This document shows, piece after piece, positions 10,315 to 19,568 of a stretch of DNA of 64,000 bases (the first letter of the stretch is position 1; every line of letters starts with the position of its first letter). The notes beneath the pieces are model-generated. The model did not search any database, had not been told where the DNA came from, and saw only the letters and a program-made list of their open reading frames with translations. The stretch is from an uncultured Poribacteria bacterium. GTDB lineage: Bacteria > Poribacteria > WGA-4E > WGA-3G. Location: the NCBI GenBank assembly GCA_958296135.2, contig CATQHZ020000001.1, positions 2,528,001 to 2,592,000 of the forward strand, given 5' to 3'. Made by a program: the position numbers and the translations under genes.

Positions 10315-10450
10315 ATTTTCGTATTTCCTAGCGGGCTTTCGTCGTTCACAATGCGTTCAATAACGGTTGTTGGTGCGATAACGCCTGCCTCCGTCTACTC
10401 GTCATCCAGACGCGAGACGCATCAACGTCACCCGGTATTATAGGGCTGGG

Positions 10451-11920
10451 CTATTCGAGCTCTCTTGGAACGATGCGCTGTTGATAAGCGTAGTTCTCTT
10501 CCGGTGGCACTGTCGCCTCTTCAACCGAAAGCGTCGTCAATTTTCCCTCGCGGATAGTCGCCTCAAACTCCGGCCGGAATTTCCGCATGTAGCTGACAGC
10601 CGGCCACGAAACAGCGATGCCAAAGACGCAGATGGTATTCCACGTCATCGTATCAACATTAGCGATGTTGTTCGCGACGCTCTCCAGCAAATCCAAGTCT
10701 TCGTAGATATCCTCGGTTTCGCCGGTGTCGCCCCACCTCCCGTTTTCGGCGATGCCGAATTTGGGGCGGGTAATAGTGCTCTTCCGTCCGTTTCCATCGG
10801 CGATGCGTTGCACAATATCACGCACCCACGGCGTGCCCCAGCGGCACGGCGTGCATTGCCCACACGACTCATGCGCGTAAAACTTCATAATGTTCAGGAG
10901 ACAATCCACGATATTCCGCGTTTCGTTCATCACGATGATGCCGCCGGAACCGAGCATCGATTTGGCCAGCGTCAGCGAGGTGAAATCGAGGCGCGTGTCC
11001 AATTCATAGTGCGTCAAAATCGGCGCGGAACTGCCGCCCGGAATAACCGCTTTCACTTGTTCACCGCGCAGGCCGCCGGCAACTTCAATGAGTTCGGCGC
11101 ATGTCAATCCCAGTTCCAATTCATAGACACCCGGTTTGTTGACATCGCCGCTGATGCAGTAGAGTTTGGTTCCCGTATTCGGATCGGGTTTCGGCGGATC
11201 GAAGCGCGCATCGCCATACGTCGGCCCCATCTTCGTATACCACTCTACACCGTTACCGACGATGAAAGGGAGGTTACAGAGCGTCTCCACATTTTGCACG
11301 ACGGTGGGTTTTCGGAACACGCCTTCCACAGCCGGAAACGGCGGCTTGTTGCGCGGCTGTCCCCGTTTTCCTTCTAGTGACTCAATGAGCCCCGTCTCTT
11401 CACCACAGATGTAGGCACCTGCACCGGGGTGTGTGTAGATGTCAACGTTGAGCCCTGTGCCGCGGATGTTCTTGCCGAGGTATCCGTTGGCGTAAGCCGC
11501 TTTAATAGCGGCATCCAGCCTCTTCTTGCCGAGGGTAAACTCGCCGCGGATGTAGACATAAGTCGTCTCAATGCCCATCGCATAGCAGCAAATCAGGATG
11601 CCCTCAATGAGGAGGTGAGGATTTTTCTCCAAGACATACCGGTTGCTAAACGTCCCCGGCTCGCTTTCGTCAGCGTTGCAACAGAGATAACACGGCTTGA
11701 TATCCTTCGGGACGAAACTCCATTTCAACCCGGTGGAAAAGCCTGCACCCCCTCTGCCTTTCAACCCGGAATCCATCACCATCTTAGCGATGTCGTCCGG
11801 CTGGTAGTCCGCTACCGCCTTCTCAAAACAAGCGTAGCCGTCGTGTTGACGAAAGACATCGAAGGTGTGAATCTCCGGTACATCCAAGTGTTCATAAAGA
11901 ATGCGTTTTTCTTCAACCAT
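10451..11920 (-). CDS. nuoF: NADH-quinone oxidoreductase subunit F
   Basis: GLKGRGGAGF, NADESEPGT, GAYICGEET and SCGQCTPC motifs; likely start MVEEKR at 11920. Confidence 0.96.
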   Translation of the reverse strand: MVEEKRILYEHLDVPEIHTFDVFRQHDGYACFEKAVADYQPDDIAKMVMDSGLKGRGGAGFSTGLKWSFVPKDIKPCYLCCNADESEPGTFSNRYVLEKNPHLLIEGILICCYAMGIETTYVYIRGEFTLGKKRLDAAIKAAYANGYLGKNIRGTGLNVDIYTHPGAGAYICGEETGLIESLEGKRGQPRNKPPFPAVEGVFRKPTVVQNVETLCNLPFIVGNGVEWYTKMGPTYGDARFDPPKPDPNTGTKLYCISGDVNKPGVYELELGLTCAELIEVAGGLRGEQVKAVIPGGSSAPILTHYELDTRLDFTSLTLAKSMLGSGGIIVMNETRNIVDCLLNIMKFYAHESCGQCTPCRWGTPWVRDIVQRIADGNGRKSTITRPKFGIAENGRWGDTGETEDIYEDLDLLESVANNIANVDTMTWNTICVFGIAVSWPAVSYMRKFRPEFEATIREGKLTTLSVEEATVPPEENYAYQQRIVPRELE

Positions 11921-11983
11921 ATTTGTTGTTCCTAGCGAGGGTCCCGCGCCCCCGTCGCACAAGTTTCCTGTCCTTCGCGAGCC

Positions 11984-12502
11984 CTACAAGTTATCCAAAA
12001 TCTCATCCACCTTCTCCGGTGTCAAGTTTTTGTATAAATCGTCGTTCACCATGATAACAGGCGCGACATCGCACGACGCGAGGCACTCCACTTTCATCAA
12101 GGTGAATTTTCCATCGGGAGTGGTGCCTTTGCCGAGGTCTGTCTCAGAAGCGACATCCGTGCCAAGCTTCGCCTTGAGATGCGCCAACACGCCTTTACAA
12201 TCGCGCAACGCACACGGCAACGTGTGGCAGACACGAATGACATACTCGCCCACCGGCTCCTCAAAGAACATCGGGTAGAACGTCACGACATCCTTCACTT
12301 TCATGAGCGGGACTTCAAGAAGTGCCGCGACGTATGTCATCACCGCGGGACTAACGTAACCCGCCTGCTTCTGCGCGAGATGGAGCGTCGGAAGCATCGC
12401 CGCTTCCTTCACCGGATAGTGCCCGATGAGCGCGTCAAATTCACGTTGGTTTTCTTCGGTAAACCGAAAAGTGTTCTGAATTTGTATGAGTTCCTCTGAC
12501 AT
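11984..12502 (-). CDS. nuoE: NADH-quinone oxidoreductase subunit E
   Basis: VVTFYPMF plus the 2Fe-2S motif CHTLPC...ECLASC. Confidence 0.95.
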   Translation of the reverse strand: MSEELIQIQNTFRFTEENQREFDALIGHYPVKEAAMLPTLHLAQKQAGYVSPAVMTYVAALLEVPLMKVKDVVTFYPMFFEEPVGEYVIRVCHTLPCALRDCKGVLAHLKAKLGTDVASETDLGKGTTPDGKFTLMKVECLASCDVAPVIMVNDDLYKNLTPEKVDEILDNL

Positions 12503-12558
12503 CTAGTTTTCCTTCGGTGTTTTTCTCGGCTTCGGGCACGCTTTGCCCGCGCGCCGCC

Positions 12559-12900
12559 CTAATAGTCTCCCCAAAACTGAATGCGGTTTTTCTCGGGGTC
12601 CGCAATATCAAAGCATGCGAGCCCATCCTCGTTTTTCAGGGGACGCAAGCGCAACCCCTTCGCCTTCAGTGCCGCATGCACCGCACTGACACTCTCAGCG
12701 TGAAAGCCAATCTTTTGTCTGCCATTGTTTGGCTTGCTCGCGCTGTGAAGGCAGAGCTTGCACTGTCCCGTATCGAAGCGGAAGAAGCGGCGCGCCGGAA
12801 ACGGCTGTTCTGCATCAGGCGTTAACCCGACGACATCCCGATAAAACGCCGTGACTCCCTTCATATCTTTCACAAAGAGGATGATGCTTCCGATTTCCAT
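12559..12900 (-). CDS. VOC/glyoxalase family protein
   Basis: IILFVKDM...FYRDVVGL and DPEKNRIQ motifs; GGAGG RBS. Confidence 0.85.
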   Translation of the reverse strand: MEIGSIILFVKDMKGVTAFYRDVVGLTPDAEQPFPARRFFRFDTGQCKLCLHSASKPNNGRQKIGFHAESVSAVHAALKAKGLRLRPLKNEDGLACFDIADPEKNRIQFWGDY

Positions 12901-12928
12901 GATGAAAGAACCCTCCCAAGTGGCTTAA

Positions 12929-12957
12929 ATTTTACCAAAAAACCGAAAAATTGTCAA
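12929..12957 (-). promoter_or_regulatory. sigma70-type promoter for VOC-nuoE..N
   Basis: TTGACA-17 bp-TAAAAT on the minus strand. Confidence 0.7.
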
Positions 12958-13025
12958 CTTTAAAAATATTTTTTGGTAGAACCTTCTCGCTACCCCAATA
13001 TACCTACTGAATCGGAATCAGAGTC

Positions 13026-13160
13026 CCGGTAGGAGAGACATCCCGGTCTTGACTTTCCTCGGTAGGAGAGACATCCCGCGTCTCGACTCCCCCCGGTAGG
13101 AGAAACATCCCGCGTCTCAACTCCCCCCGGTAGGAGAAACATCCCGCGCCTCGACTCCCA
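13026..13160 (+). repeat. Four tandem ~34-bp GTAG-family REP-like units (CGGTAGGAGARACATCCCG..TCTCGACTCC)
   Basis: Direct inspection; related copies near 48980-49004 and 62101-62225. Confidence 0.85.
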
Positions 13161-13175
13161 GAGACTAATCGCGTA

Positions 13176-14324
13176 TTAGAATTTCGTCAACAAATACGCC
13201 GCATTCGTCTGCAGCAGCGTCAACGCCTCCTCAAGGAGAGGTGGTTCTGCTTGTTCTTGGATTTTGAAACCAATCTCTCGGAGTTGCAGCGTCAACGCCT
13301 CCTCAAGGAGAGGTGGTTCTGCTGGCACTTGCTGCTCACCTTCTCCCGAAGGGGAGTTGGGCTCCCCTGTCCGCTGGGGAACTGTGCCGCGCTGTTTTTC
13401 CAACACATCCAACGTGGCGACAAACGCCTGAATCTCACGCCTGGCCTCGGAAAGCTCGTGCTTCCCGAAAGCCGTAACGCTGTTCGCCAAATGCTGCCGC
13501 AGCGGCACCGCGGCATCTTCATCCAGCCATCCTAAAGTCACACTCCGAGAGATGAGCGTTTCTAACCGACGCGTGAGTTCAGACGCACTCGTTCCCACCG
13601 GAATCGCCTCAGGACCGATGACGAAACCGCGAGGGGCATACTGGTGATGATAAGGCGTGACAACCGCTTCATGCCCATCTATACTGCCACCTGATGTCCA
13701 CACTTCTGCCGTGATGATACCTGGAACACTCCGGCATTTAAATGCGAAACCGCCCTGGGATGTCCCCGGAAGAATGTAAGGTGTCCCAAATTTGCGATTC
13801 CAAGCGACATGATTGCTAGCTCCAGCGAATTCAGGAGGCTGTCCAAAATTTTTCCAGCCCGGAGGATTTGAAATATCACGAAGCCAACTCCTAGGAAGAT
13901 CTAGTGTCCGAACCCAAAGAGTATGGACCGGATGCTGACTGGTTTCCCGGCTTGTGATGCTGTAGATATAACGGTATTCGGGTAACCCAGTGTCCGGTGT
14001 CGTGCGATGCGCCGGTTCTACCCACTCAACACGGCTTGAAACAAACACATCCGCTTTCCCACCCCGCGGCCCCCAGTCAAAGGCGCGAACGCTATACGAA
14101 TCACCTCGCTCATCGCGCAGGGGGCCGCCTGAATAGTCGCGCCAATAGATGCGATAGAGGCCCGCTCCTAACGCCTCGGCATCATGGTTCCTTTCCTTCA
14201 ACCACGCTACCGTCTGCTCTTCCGGAACAGGCGGATGGAAAACCGCCCGCTTTGCAGCATCCGTTACCGACAGTAAGAGAACGGACAGCATAGCTACCGA
14301 TAAAAGAATTCGCCTTTTCATCAA
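13176..14324 (-). CDS. Secreted hypothetical protein with helical C-terminal domain and duplicated AEPPLLEEALTL motif
   Basis: 382-aa ORF with signal peptide MKRRILLSVAMLSVLLLSVTDA; 39-bp direct repeat at 13213 and 13285. Confidence 0.75.
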   Translation of the reverse strand: MMKRRILLSVAMLSVLLLSVTDAAKRAVFHPPVPEEQTVAWLKERNHDAEALGAGLYRIYWRDYSGGPLRDERGDSYSVRAFDWGPRGGKADVFVSSRVEWVEPAHRTTPDTGLPEYRYIYSITSRETSQHPVHTLWVRTLDLPRSWLRDISNPPGWKNFGQPPEFAGASNHVAWNRKFGTPYILPGTSQGGFAFKCRSVPGIITAEVWTSGGSIDGHEAVVTPYHHQYAPRGFVIGPEAIPVGTSASELTRRLETLISRSVTLGWLDEDAAVPLRQHLANSVTAFGKHELSEARREIQAFVATLDVLEKQRGTVPQRTGEPNSPSGEGEQQVPAEPPLLEEALTLQLREIGFKIQEQAEPPLLEEALTLLQTNAAYLLTKF

Positions 14325-14370
14325 CTGCCACCTCGGGTGCCATGCCGCCCCGACGCGCCTTTACCACAGA

Positions 14371-15567
14371 CTACCGATCCAACTCCCCCGCAATCACGTT
14401 CAAACTCCCCAACACGGCGACGGTATCCGATACCATGCCCCCTTCCAGCATGTGCGGCAGTGCTTGGAAATTCAGGAAACTCGGCGGACGGATGCGGATA
14501 CGATACCCCGTGCCGCTGCCATCACTCACGATGTAGAAACCGAGCTCGCCGTTCGGCGATTCAGTCGCGCAATAGTGCTCGCCTACCGGCGGCTGCACAC
14601 CGTGCCCATCCATGATAATCTTGAAATGGTGGATAAGCCCCTCAATATGCCCATACGCATCCGACTTCTTCGGCAGCGAGATCTTGTTGTCCTCTACGTT
14701 CACCGGGCCAGCCGGCAGGTTATCCAATGCCTGCTGAACAATATGGCAACTCTGCACCATCTCCTCCATCCGCACCAGATACCTGTCGTAGGCATCGCCG
14801 TTTGAGCCGACAGGCACCTCAAACGTCATCTCATCGTAAGAGGAGTAGGGTTCCGCCTTCCGGATGTCATGCGCGATGCCGGTAGAGCGGAGGCACGGTC
14901 CTGTCAGCCCGTAATTAATCGCGTCTTCGCTTAAAATCGCACCGACTCCCTTCGTCCGGTCCATCCAGATACGATTCCGCGTGAGGAGCGTATGCGTTTC
15001 ACGCAACGCCTTCGGGAAATTCGTGATGAATTGCCGTACATCCTCATCAAACCCAGCGTAAAGGTCACGGAGCACACCGCCAACGCGCGTATAACTCGTC
15101 GTCAACCGAGCGCCAGTCGTTTTCTCGAAAATGCTATACAACTTCTCGCGCTCGCGGAAACTGTAGAGGAATACCGAAAACGCGCCCAAGTCAAGGGCCG
15201 CAGTGCCTAACCAGAGCAGATGGTCTGCCAGACGCGACAGCTCTGCCATCAAAATGCGGATGTATTGACACCGCTTCGGCACCTCAATGCCCAGCAGCTG
15301 CTCCACCGCGAGCACATACCCGAAGTTGTTGGAAAGCGGTGACAGGTAGTTCATCCGGTCGGTGACGACGATGAACTGGTTGTAATCCAAGTGTTCCCCC
15401 AGCTTCTCAAATCCGGTATGCAGGTATCCGAGGTGGGGTGTCGCTTTCAAAATCGATTCGCCATCCAGTTCTAACACGATGCGCAGTGTGCCGTGTGTCG
15501 CCGGATGCTGCGGGCCGAAATTGAGAACCATTCTCTCGCCAGTTGCCCGCTCCAGCTCAGCGTGCAT
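14371..15567 (-). CDS. nuoD: NADH-quinone oxidoreductase subunit D
   Basis: NFGPQHPATHGTLR, GYLHTGFEK, DRMNY, ESPNGELG and C-terminal GELDR motifs. Confidence 0.97.
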   Translation of the reverse strand: MHAELERATGERMVLNFGPQHPATHGTLRIVLELDGESILKATPHLGYLHTGFEKLGEHLDYNQFIVVTDRMNYLSPLSNNFGYVLAVEQLLGIEVPKRCQYIRILMAELSRLADHLLWLGTAALDLGAFSVFLYSFREREKLYSIFEKTTGARLTTSYTRVGGVLRDLYAGFDEDVRQFITNFPKALRETHTLLTRNRIWMDRTKGVGAILSEDAINYGLTGPCLRSTGIAHDIRKAEPYSSYDEMTFEVPVGSNGDAYDRYLVRMEEMVQSCHIVQQALDNLPAGPVNVEDNKISLPKKSDAYGHIEGLIHHFKIIMDGHGVQPPVGEHYCATESPNGELGFYIVSDGSGTGYRIRIRPPSFLNFQALPHMLEGGMVSDTVAVLGSLNVIAGELDR

Positions 15568-15612
15568 GTTATCCTCCTATTGCTCAGCATCCCCAGTCTC
15601 GATGTTTCGGTG

Positions 15613-15690
15613 TGGCGGGACTAGGAGGTCCCGCCTACCAGCAGCAGAAATTCGGGACCAGGAAGTACCGCCTACCAGCAGCAGAAATGT
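15613..15690 (-). repeat. Two tandem GTAG REP-like units in the nuoC-nuoD spacer
   Basis: ccgcctaccagcagcagaaat occurs twice; the minus strand reads GTAGGCGGGACCTCCTAGTCCCGCC. Confidence 0.75.
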
Positions 15691-15692
15691 CG

Positions 15693-16253
15693 TTAGACGT
15701 TCTGCCTCTCAAAATTGAAACGCTCGCGCTCGCCGCGGCCGCGGAGCGGGTAATCCTTGCGGAGCGGATGCCCATCAAAATCGTCTGGCATCAAGAGGCG
15801 CCGCAGGTCCGGGTGCCCCTCAAAGTCAATCCCAAACATATCGTAAGTCTCGCGCTCCAGCCAATTCGCGCCCCTCCACAGACTCGTCACAGAGCGGACG
15901 CGCAAATCCCGTTCATGCACAGGCACTCTGACGCGCACCCGACAATGCCCCTGATAGGAATACAACTGGTATACCACCATGAATCGGGCATAGCCAAACT
16001 TCACCAACTCCGATTCCAGACGCGAATTGTCAACAGCTGTGACATCCACGAGGTAGGTATATCCGAGCGCCGCATCGGTTTTGAGGTATTCCAAGAGCGC
16101 GTAAGCATCATCCTTGCCGACAACGACGACGACTCCATCCCGCGCTTCCTCGTGCGCTAACAGCGCGTCCGCGTAGTTTTCCTGCAGCTTCTGAAGGACG
16201 AACGGGGATTCGGCTCCGTTATCGGGACTAGAGGTCCCGCCTTCATTATTCAT
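15693..16253 (-). CDS. nuoC: NADH-quinone oxidoreductase subunit C
   Basis: DVTAVD and [37 protein letters not shown] motifs; ATG 16253 overlaps the nuoB stop. Confidence 0.95.
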   Translation of the reverse strand: MNNEGGTSSPDNGAESPFVLQKLQENYADALLAHEEARDGVVVVVGKDDAYALLEYLKTDAALGYTYLVDVTAVDNSRLESELVKFGYARFMVVYQLYSYQGHCRVRVRVPVHERDLRVRSVTSLWRGANWLERETYDMFGIDFEGHPDLRRLLMPDDFDGHPLRKDYPLRGRGERERFNFERQNV

Positions 16254-16774
16254 ACCGCCACCTCTACGCCTTTGGGTACCTCGCCGCCGGCGATTTTCTG
16301 CTGCACCTGCATCACCGCATCGATTAGGTCCTCCGGACGAGGCGGGCATCCGGGAATGTAGACATCGACCGGAATGAACTGATCTACGCCTTGAATTAGC
16401 GTATAGGTATCAAATACGCCGCCGCAGGAAGCGCACGCACCCATGGAGATAACCCACTTCGGGTCCGGCATCTGGTCATAGATGCGTTTCAGAACGGGCA
16501 TCATCTTGATTGAAATGCGTCCGGATACGATGAGCAGATCGGATTGCCGCGGGGAGAACCGGATTGCCTCCGAACCGAATCGCGAAAGGTCGAACTTGGA
16601 TGCCAAAGTCGCCATCATTTCTATCGCGCAACACGCCGTACCGAAGGGCATCGGCCACAGCGAATTCTTTCGGCCCCAGTTTACCACCTTATCGATAGTC
16701 GTCGTGATGATATTTTCGTCCACGGGCCCACCATCTGCTGACAGGCTCCGCGCACCACCAAAATCTAATCCCAT
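16250..16774 (-). CDS. nuoB: NADH-quinone oxidoreductase subunit B
   Basis: [22 protein letters not shown] and [11 protein letters not shown] motifs. Confidence 0.97.
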   Translation of the reverse strand: MGLDFGGARSLSADGGPVDENIITTTIDKVVNWGRKNSLWPMPFGTACCAIEMMATLASKFDLSRFGSEAIRFSPRQSDLLIVSGRISIKMMPVLKRIYDQMPDPKWVISMGACASCGGVFDTYTLIQGVDQFIPVDVYIPGCPPRPEDLIDAVMQVQQKIAGGEVPKGVEVAV

Positions 16775-17133
16775 GACAAGCCCCCTTTTTTCCAAGCGTA
16801 AATATAGCCAAGCAGAAGAATACCGATAAACACCAGCATCTCCACTAAAATAAACAACCCACTTTCTGCCGAGAATTTCTTGAAGACGACGGCCCACGGG
16901 TAGAGGAAAACCACCTCAATGTCGAAGATGATAAAGAGCATCGCGATGAGGTCGAAGCGGATAGTAAACCGCTGCCTTGCATCGCCGACAGGGCGCACGC
17001 CGGACTCGTAAACCGACAATTTCGCACGTGTCGGCCGTTTCGGCCCAAGAATATGGGTCAGCGCGAGGTTGATCGCCGCAAAGAGCACCGCGAAAAGTGC
17101 TAACATCAAAATCGGAAGATAATCTATTAACAT
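16765..17133 (-). CDS. nuoA: NADH-quinone oxidoreductase subunit A
   Basis: YESG and [15 protein letters not shown] motifs. Confidence 0.96.
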   Translation of the reverse strand: MLIDYLPILMLALFAVLFAAINLALTHILGPKRPTRAKLSVYESGVRPVGDARQRFTIRFDLIAMLFIIFDIEVVFLYPWAVVFKKFSAESGLFILVEMLVFIGILLLGYIYAWKKGGLSWD

Positions 17134-17197
17134 GGATCTCTCGCCTAATTTCTCCTAGTGAGACAGAATTGACAAGGTTTTTTATCACCTGCTTAAT

Positions 17198-17226
17198 ATT
17201 TTCACATATTTCGCAAATTATGTCAA
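17198..17226 (-). promoter_or_regulatory. Putative sigma70 promoter for nuoA
   Basis: TTGACA-17 bp-GAAAAT in an AT-rich spacer. Confidence 0.55.
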
Positions 17227-17296
17227 GTCTTTTTCAATAAAAAACAGAAGCGGAAAACTGAATCGCTCTGGTGATAAAAAATTTCGCAAGCGCGAT

Positions 17297-17941
17297 TCAA
17301 GGTGAAAGCCGCGTCATTTTCCATGAACCATCAGACTGAAGCGTATAGCAAAGCCTATCGTGGAGACGATTCGGGCAGCCTTGCCAAAATTCAAAAAGCG
17401 TCGGCACAAGCCGATACCCACCCCAATCCGGCGGACGTGGGATGTCACCCTCGTCGGCATACATCCGTTCAGCGTGCGCGAAGCCTGCTGTCAGATGCTC
17501 TCTCCCCGCGATAACGCGGCTCTGCCGCACCGCCCAAACAGCAAGTTGACTCCCGATAGGGCGGCTAGCAAAGTAGGCATCCGACTCTTCTACCGACATT
17601 TTTTGCACGGTGCCGACGCTCCGCACCTGCCGGTCCAACTCACGCCAATAGAAGACGAGCGCGGCGTGCGGATTTCGCGCGAGCTCTCTCCCTTTTTGGC
17701 TGTCGTAATCGGTATAGAAGCAAAACCCGTTCGCATTAAAACCTCTGAGGACAACCATTCTGGCGGAGGGAATTCCATCTCGCGTTGCAGTCGCCAATGT
17801 CATCGCATCGGGCAAATCGAGTTCGGCGGCGACAGCATCGGCAAACCATTTCTCGAATTGCTCAAACGGATTCTTGGCGGCAGTTTTCTCAATGAGGCCC
17901 CCGTGGGCGGCGTATTCTCTGCGGAGTTGATGCGTATTCAT
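17297..17941 (-). CDS. pdxH: Pyridoxamine 5'-phosphate oxidase
   Basis: AMTLAT, PSARMV, YFASRP and EFWQG..RLHDR motifs. Confidence 0.95.
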   Translation of the reverse strand: MNTHQLRREYAAHGGLIEKTAAKNPFEQFEKWFADAVAAELDLPDAMTLATATRDGIPSARMVVLRGFNANGFCFYTDYDSQKGRELARNPHAALVFYWRELDRQVRSVGTVQKMSVEESDAYFASRPIGSQLAVWAVRQSRVIAGREHLTAGFAHAERMYADEGDIPRPPDWGGYRLVPTLFEFWQGCPNRLHDRLCYTLQSDGSWKMTRLSP

Positions 17942-17965
17942 AGTCCTAAATCTGTCCCCTTCTCC

Positions 17966-18015
17966 CGTAGGGCGAGGGCCCGGCGAGCGCGAATCGCCGA
18001 GGGTTTCCCTCGCTA
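17966..18015 (+). repeat. GTAG REP-like element (GTAGGGCGAGGG...CCCTCGC)
   Basis: Near-identical element at 45125-45180 and inverted copies inside the large clusters. Confidence 0.75.
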
Positions 18016-18062
18016 TGCAACGAGCGCAGCGGACAGCCCCCGACTGCGTCAGTCCTTTGGCA

Positions 18063-19568
18063 TTACTTTCTCCAAAAATTGGGAGAAAACAGAATCAGCA
18101 CCGTATAGAGCTCCAAACGTCCCAAGAGCATGCAGAAAGACAAGATAAACTTTCCAGCGGTGTGAATATGCGCATAGTTATCGGTGGGCCCGACTGTGCC
18201 GAGCCCCGGCCCGATGTTGCCCATCGTCGCAATGGTGCAACCGGCTGCACTTACCAGATCCATCCCTAGCGTCGCCATCACGCACGTCACAATAGCAAAA
18301 ATTCCGATAAAAAAGAAGAAAAATCCGAGGACATTCGTCATCACCTCCGGCGGCACGATTCTGTCGTTAATCCGAATCGGAAGCACCGCGTGCGGGAAAA
18401 TGAGCCGTTTGATTTCCGCGCCGCTCTGTTTAATCAGCAGCAGGAACCGCACCTGCTTTATCCCGCCGCCGGTTGAGCCCGCGCACCCACCGTAAAACAT
18501 GAGCGTCACGAGGATGAATTGGGACAGGTAGGGCCACTTTTCAAAATCAGCCGTGCCGTAGCCTGTCGTCGTGATAATCGAGAGCACTTGGAAGGTAGCA
18601 TCGCGCAACGATGGCCACATTGAATCGTACGGAATCTGCCCCTCAAACTGAAGAGTGACGGTACTCCACGAGACTAAGACGATGCTGAGGACGATGACGA
18701 CACAATAAAAACGGAACTCGGTATCTTGGAAATATGCCTTGAAATCGCCGCGAAGCATGCGGTAGTGTAGAGCAAAATTGGTGCCGGCGAGGAACATAAA
18801 GCAACAGATAACCATGTCCACATAGACGCTATTGTAATGCGCGATACTGAGGTTTTTTGTGGAAAACCCCCCGGTCGCCATCGTGCCAAAGGTGTGGCAC
18901 AGCGCGTCAAAGAGCGGCATCCCGCCAAACATCAGCAGCGCCGCTTCAACGACAGAAAGGAGAACATAAACGCCCCAGAGCAGTTTGGCAGTCTGCGTGA
19001 TGCGCGGCGTGAGCCGGTCTGTCTGCGGACCGGGGGCCTCGGCGCGAAAGAGCTGCATCCCGCCAACACCGAGCATCGGCAGAATGGCTACCGCGAAGAC
19101 AACGATGCCCATTCCGCCAAGCCAGTGAGAGAAACTCCGCCAAAATAAGACAGCGTGAGAGAGATGCTCAATCTCAGTGAGAACGGTTGCGCCCGTAGTT
19201 GAAAACCCGGACATCGACTCAAAATAGCAGAAGGAGAATTCTGTCCACCGCGTGCGGCCCTCTGCTTCAAACACATCTGCAATGAGGTAAGGAAACGCGC
19301 CGAAGAGCGCAACGCTTATCCATCCCAACGCCACGATAGCGAAACTCGCCCGGATGCCGAGTTCCTGATGTTGCCGCCGAACACTGAAACGGAGAATTAA
19401 CCCCACGACTAAGGTAAGCACCGCGGAGATGGCGAACGCAGCCAGATCGGTTTCAGGTTCACCAGCCGCCGCTTGATAATAGATAGCCACCCCCAAAGGC
19501 AATAGCATAGTGCCAGCGAGCGACATTAATAAATTGCCGAGGGTGTGAAAAATGAGTTTACGACTCAT
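18063..19568 (-). CDS. trkH: Trk potassium uptake membrane protein TrkH
   Basis: FESMSGFSTTGAT, WLGGMG, ATGGFS, TTTGY, GSTGGG, NIGPG and LGRLE motifs. Confidence 0.95.
   Translation of the reverse strand: MSRKLIFHTLGNLLMSLAGTMLLPLGVAIYYQAAAGEPETDLAAFAISAVLTLVVGLILRFSVRRQHQELGIRASFAIVALGWISVALFGAFPYLIADVFEAEGRTRWTEFSFCYFESMSGFSTTGATVLTEIEHLSHAVLFWRSFSHWLGGMGIVVFAVAILPMLGVGGMQLFRAEAPGPQTDRLTPRITQTAKLLWGVYVLLSVVEAALLMFGGMPLFDALCHTFGTMATGGFSTKNLSIAHYNSVYVDMVICCFMFLAGTNFALHYRMLRGDFKAYFQDTEFRFYCVVIVLSIVLVSWSTVTLQFEGQIPYDSMWPSLRDATFQVLSIITTTGYGTADFEKWPYLSQFILVTLMFYGGCAGSTGGGIKQVRFLLLIKQSGAEIKRLIFPHAVLPIRINDRIVPPEVMTNVLGFFFFFIGIFAIVTCVMATLGMDLVSAAGCTIATMGNIGPGLGTVGPTDNYAHIHTAGKFILSFCMLLGRLELYTVLILFSPNFWRK

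Noticed and set aside
8557-11935. Long plus-strand ORFs opposite nuoG/nuoF and similar antisense ORFs throughout the window
   Set aside because: Shadow ORFs of high-GC coding strands with no motifs.
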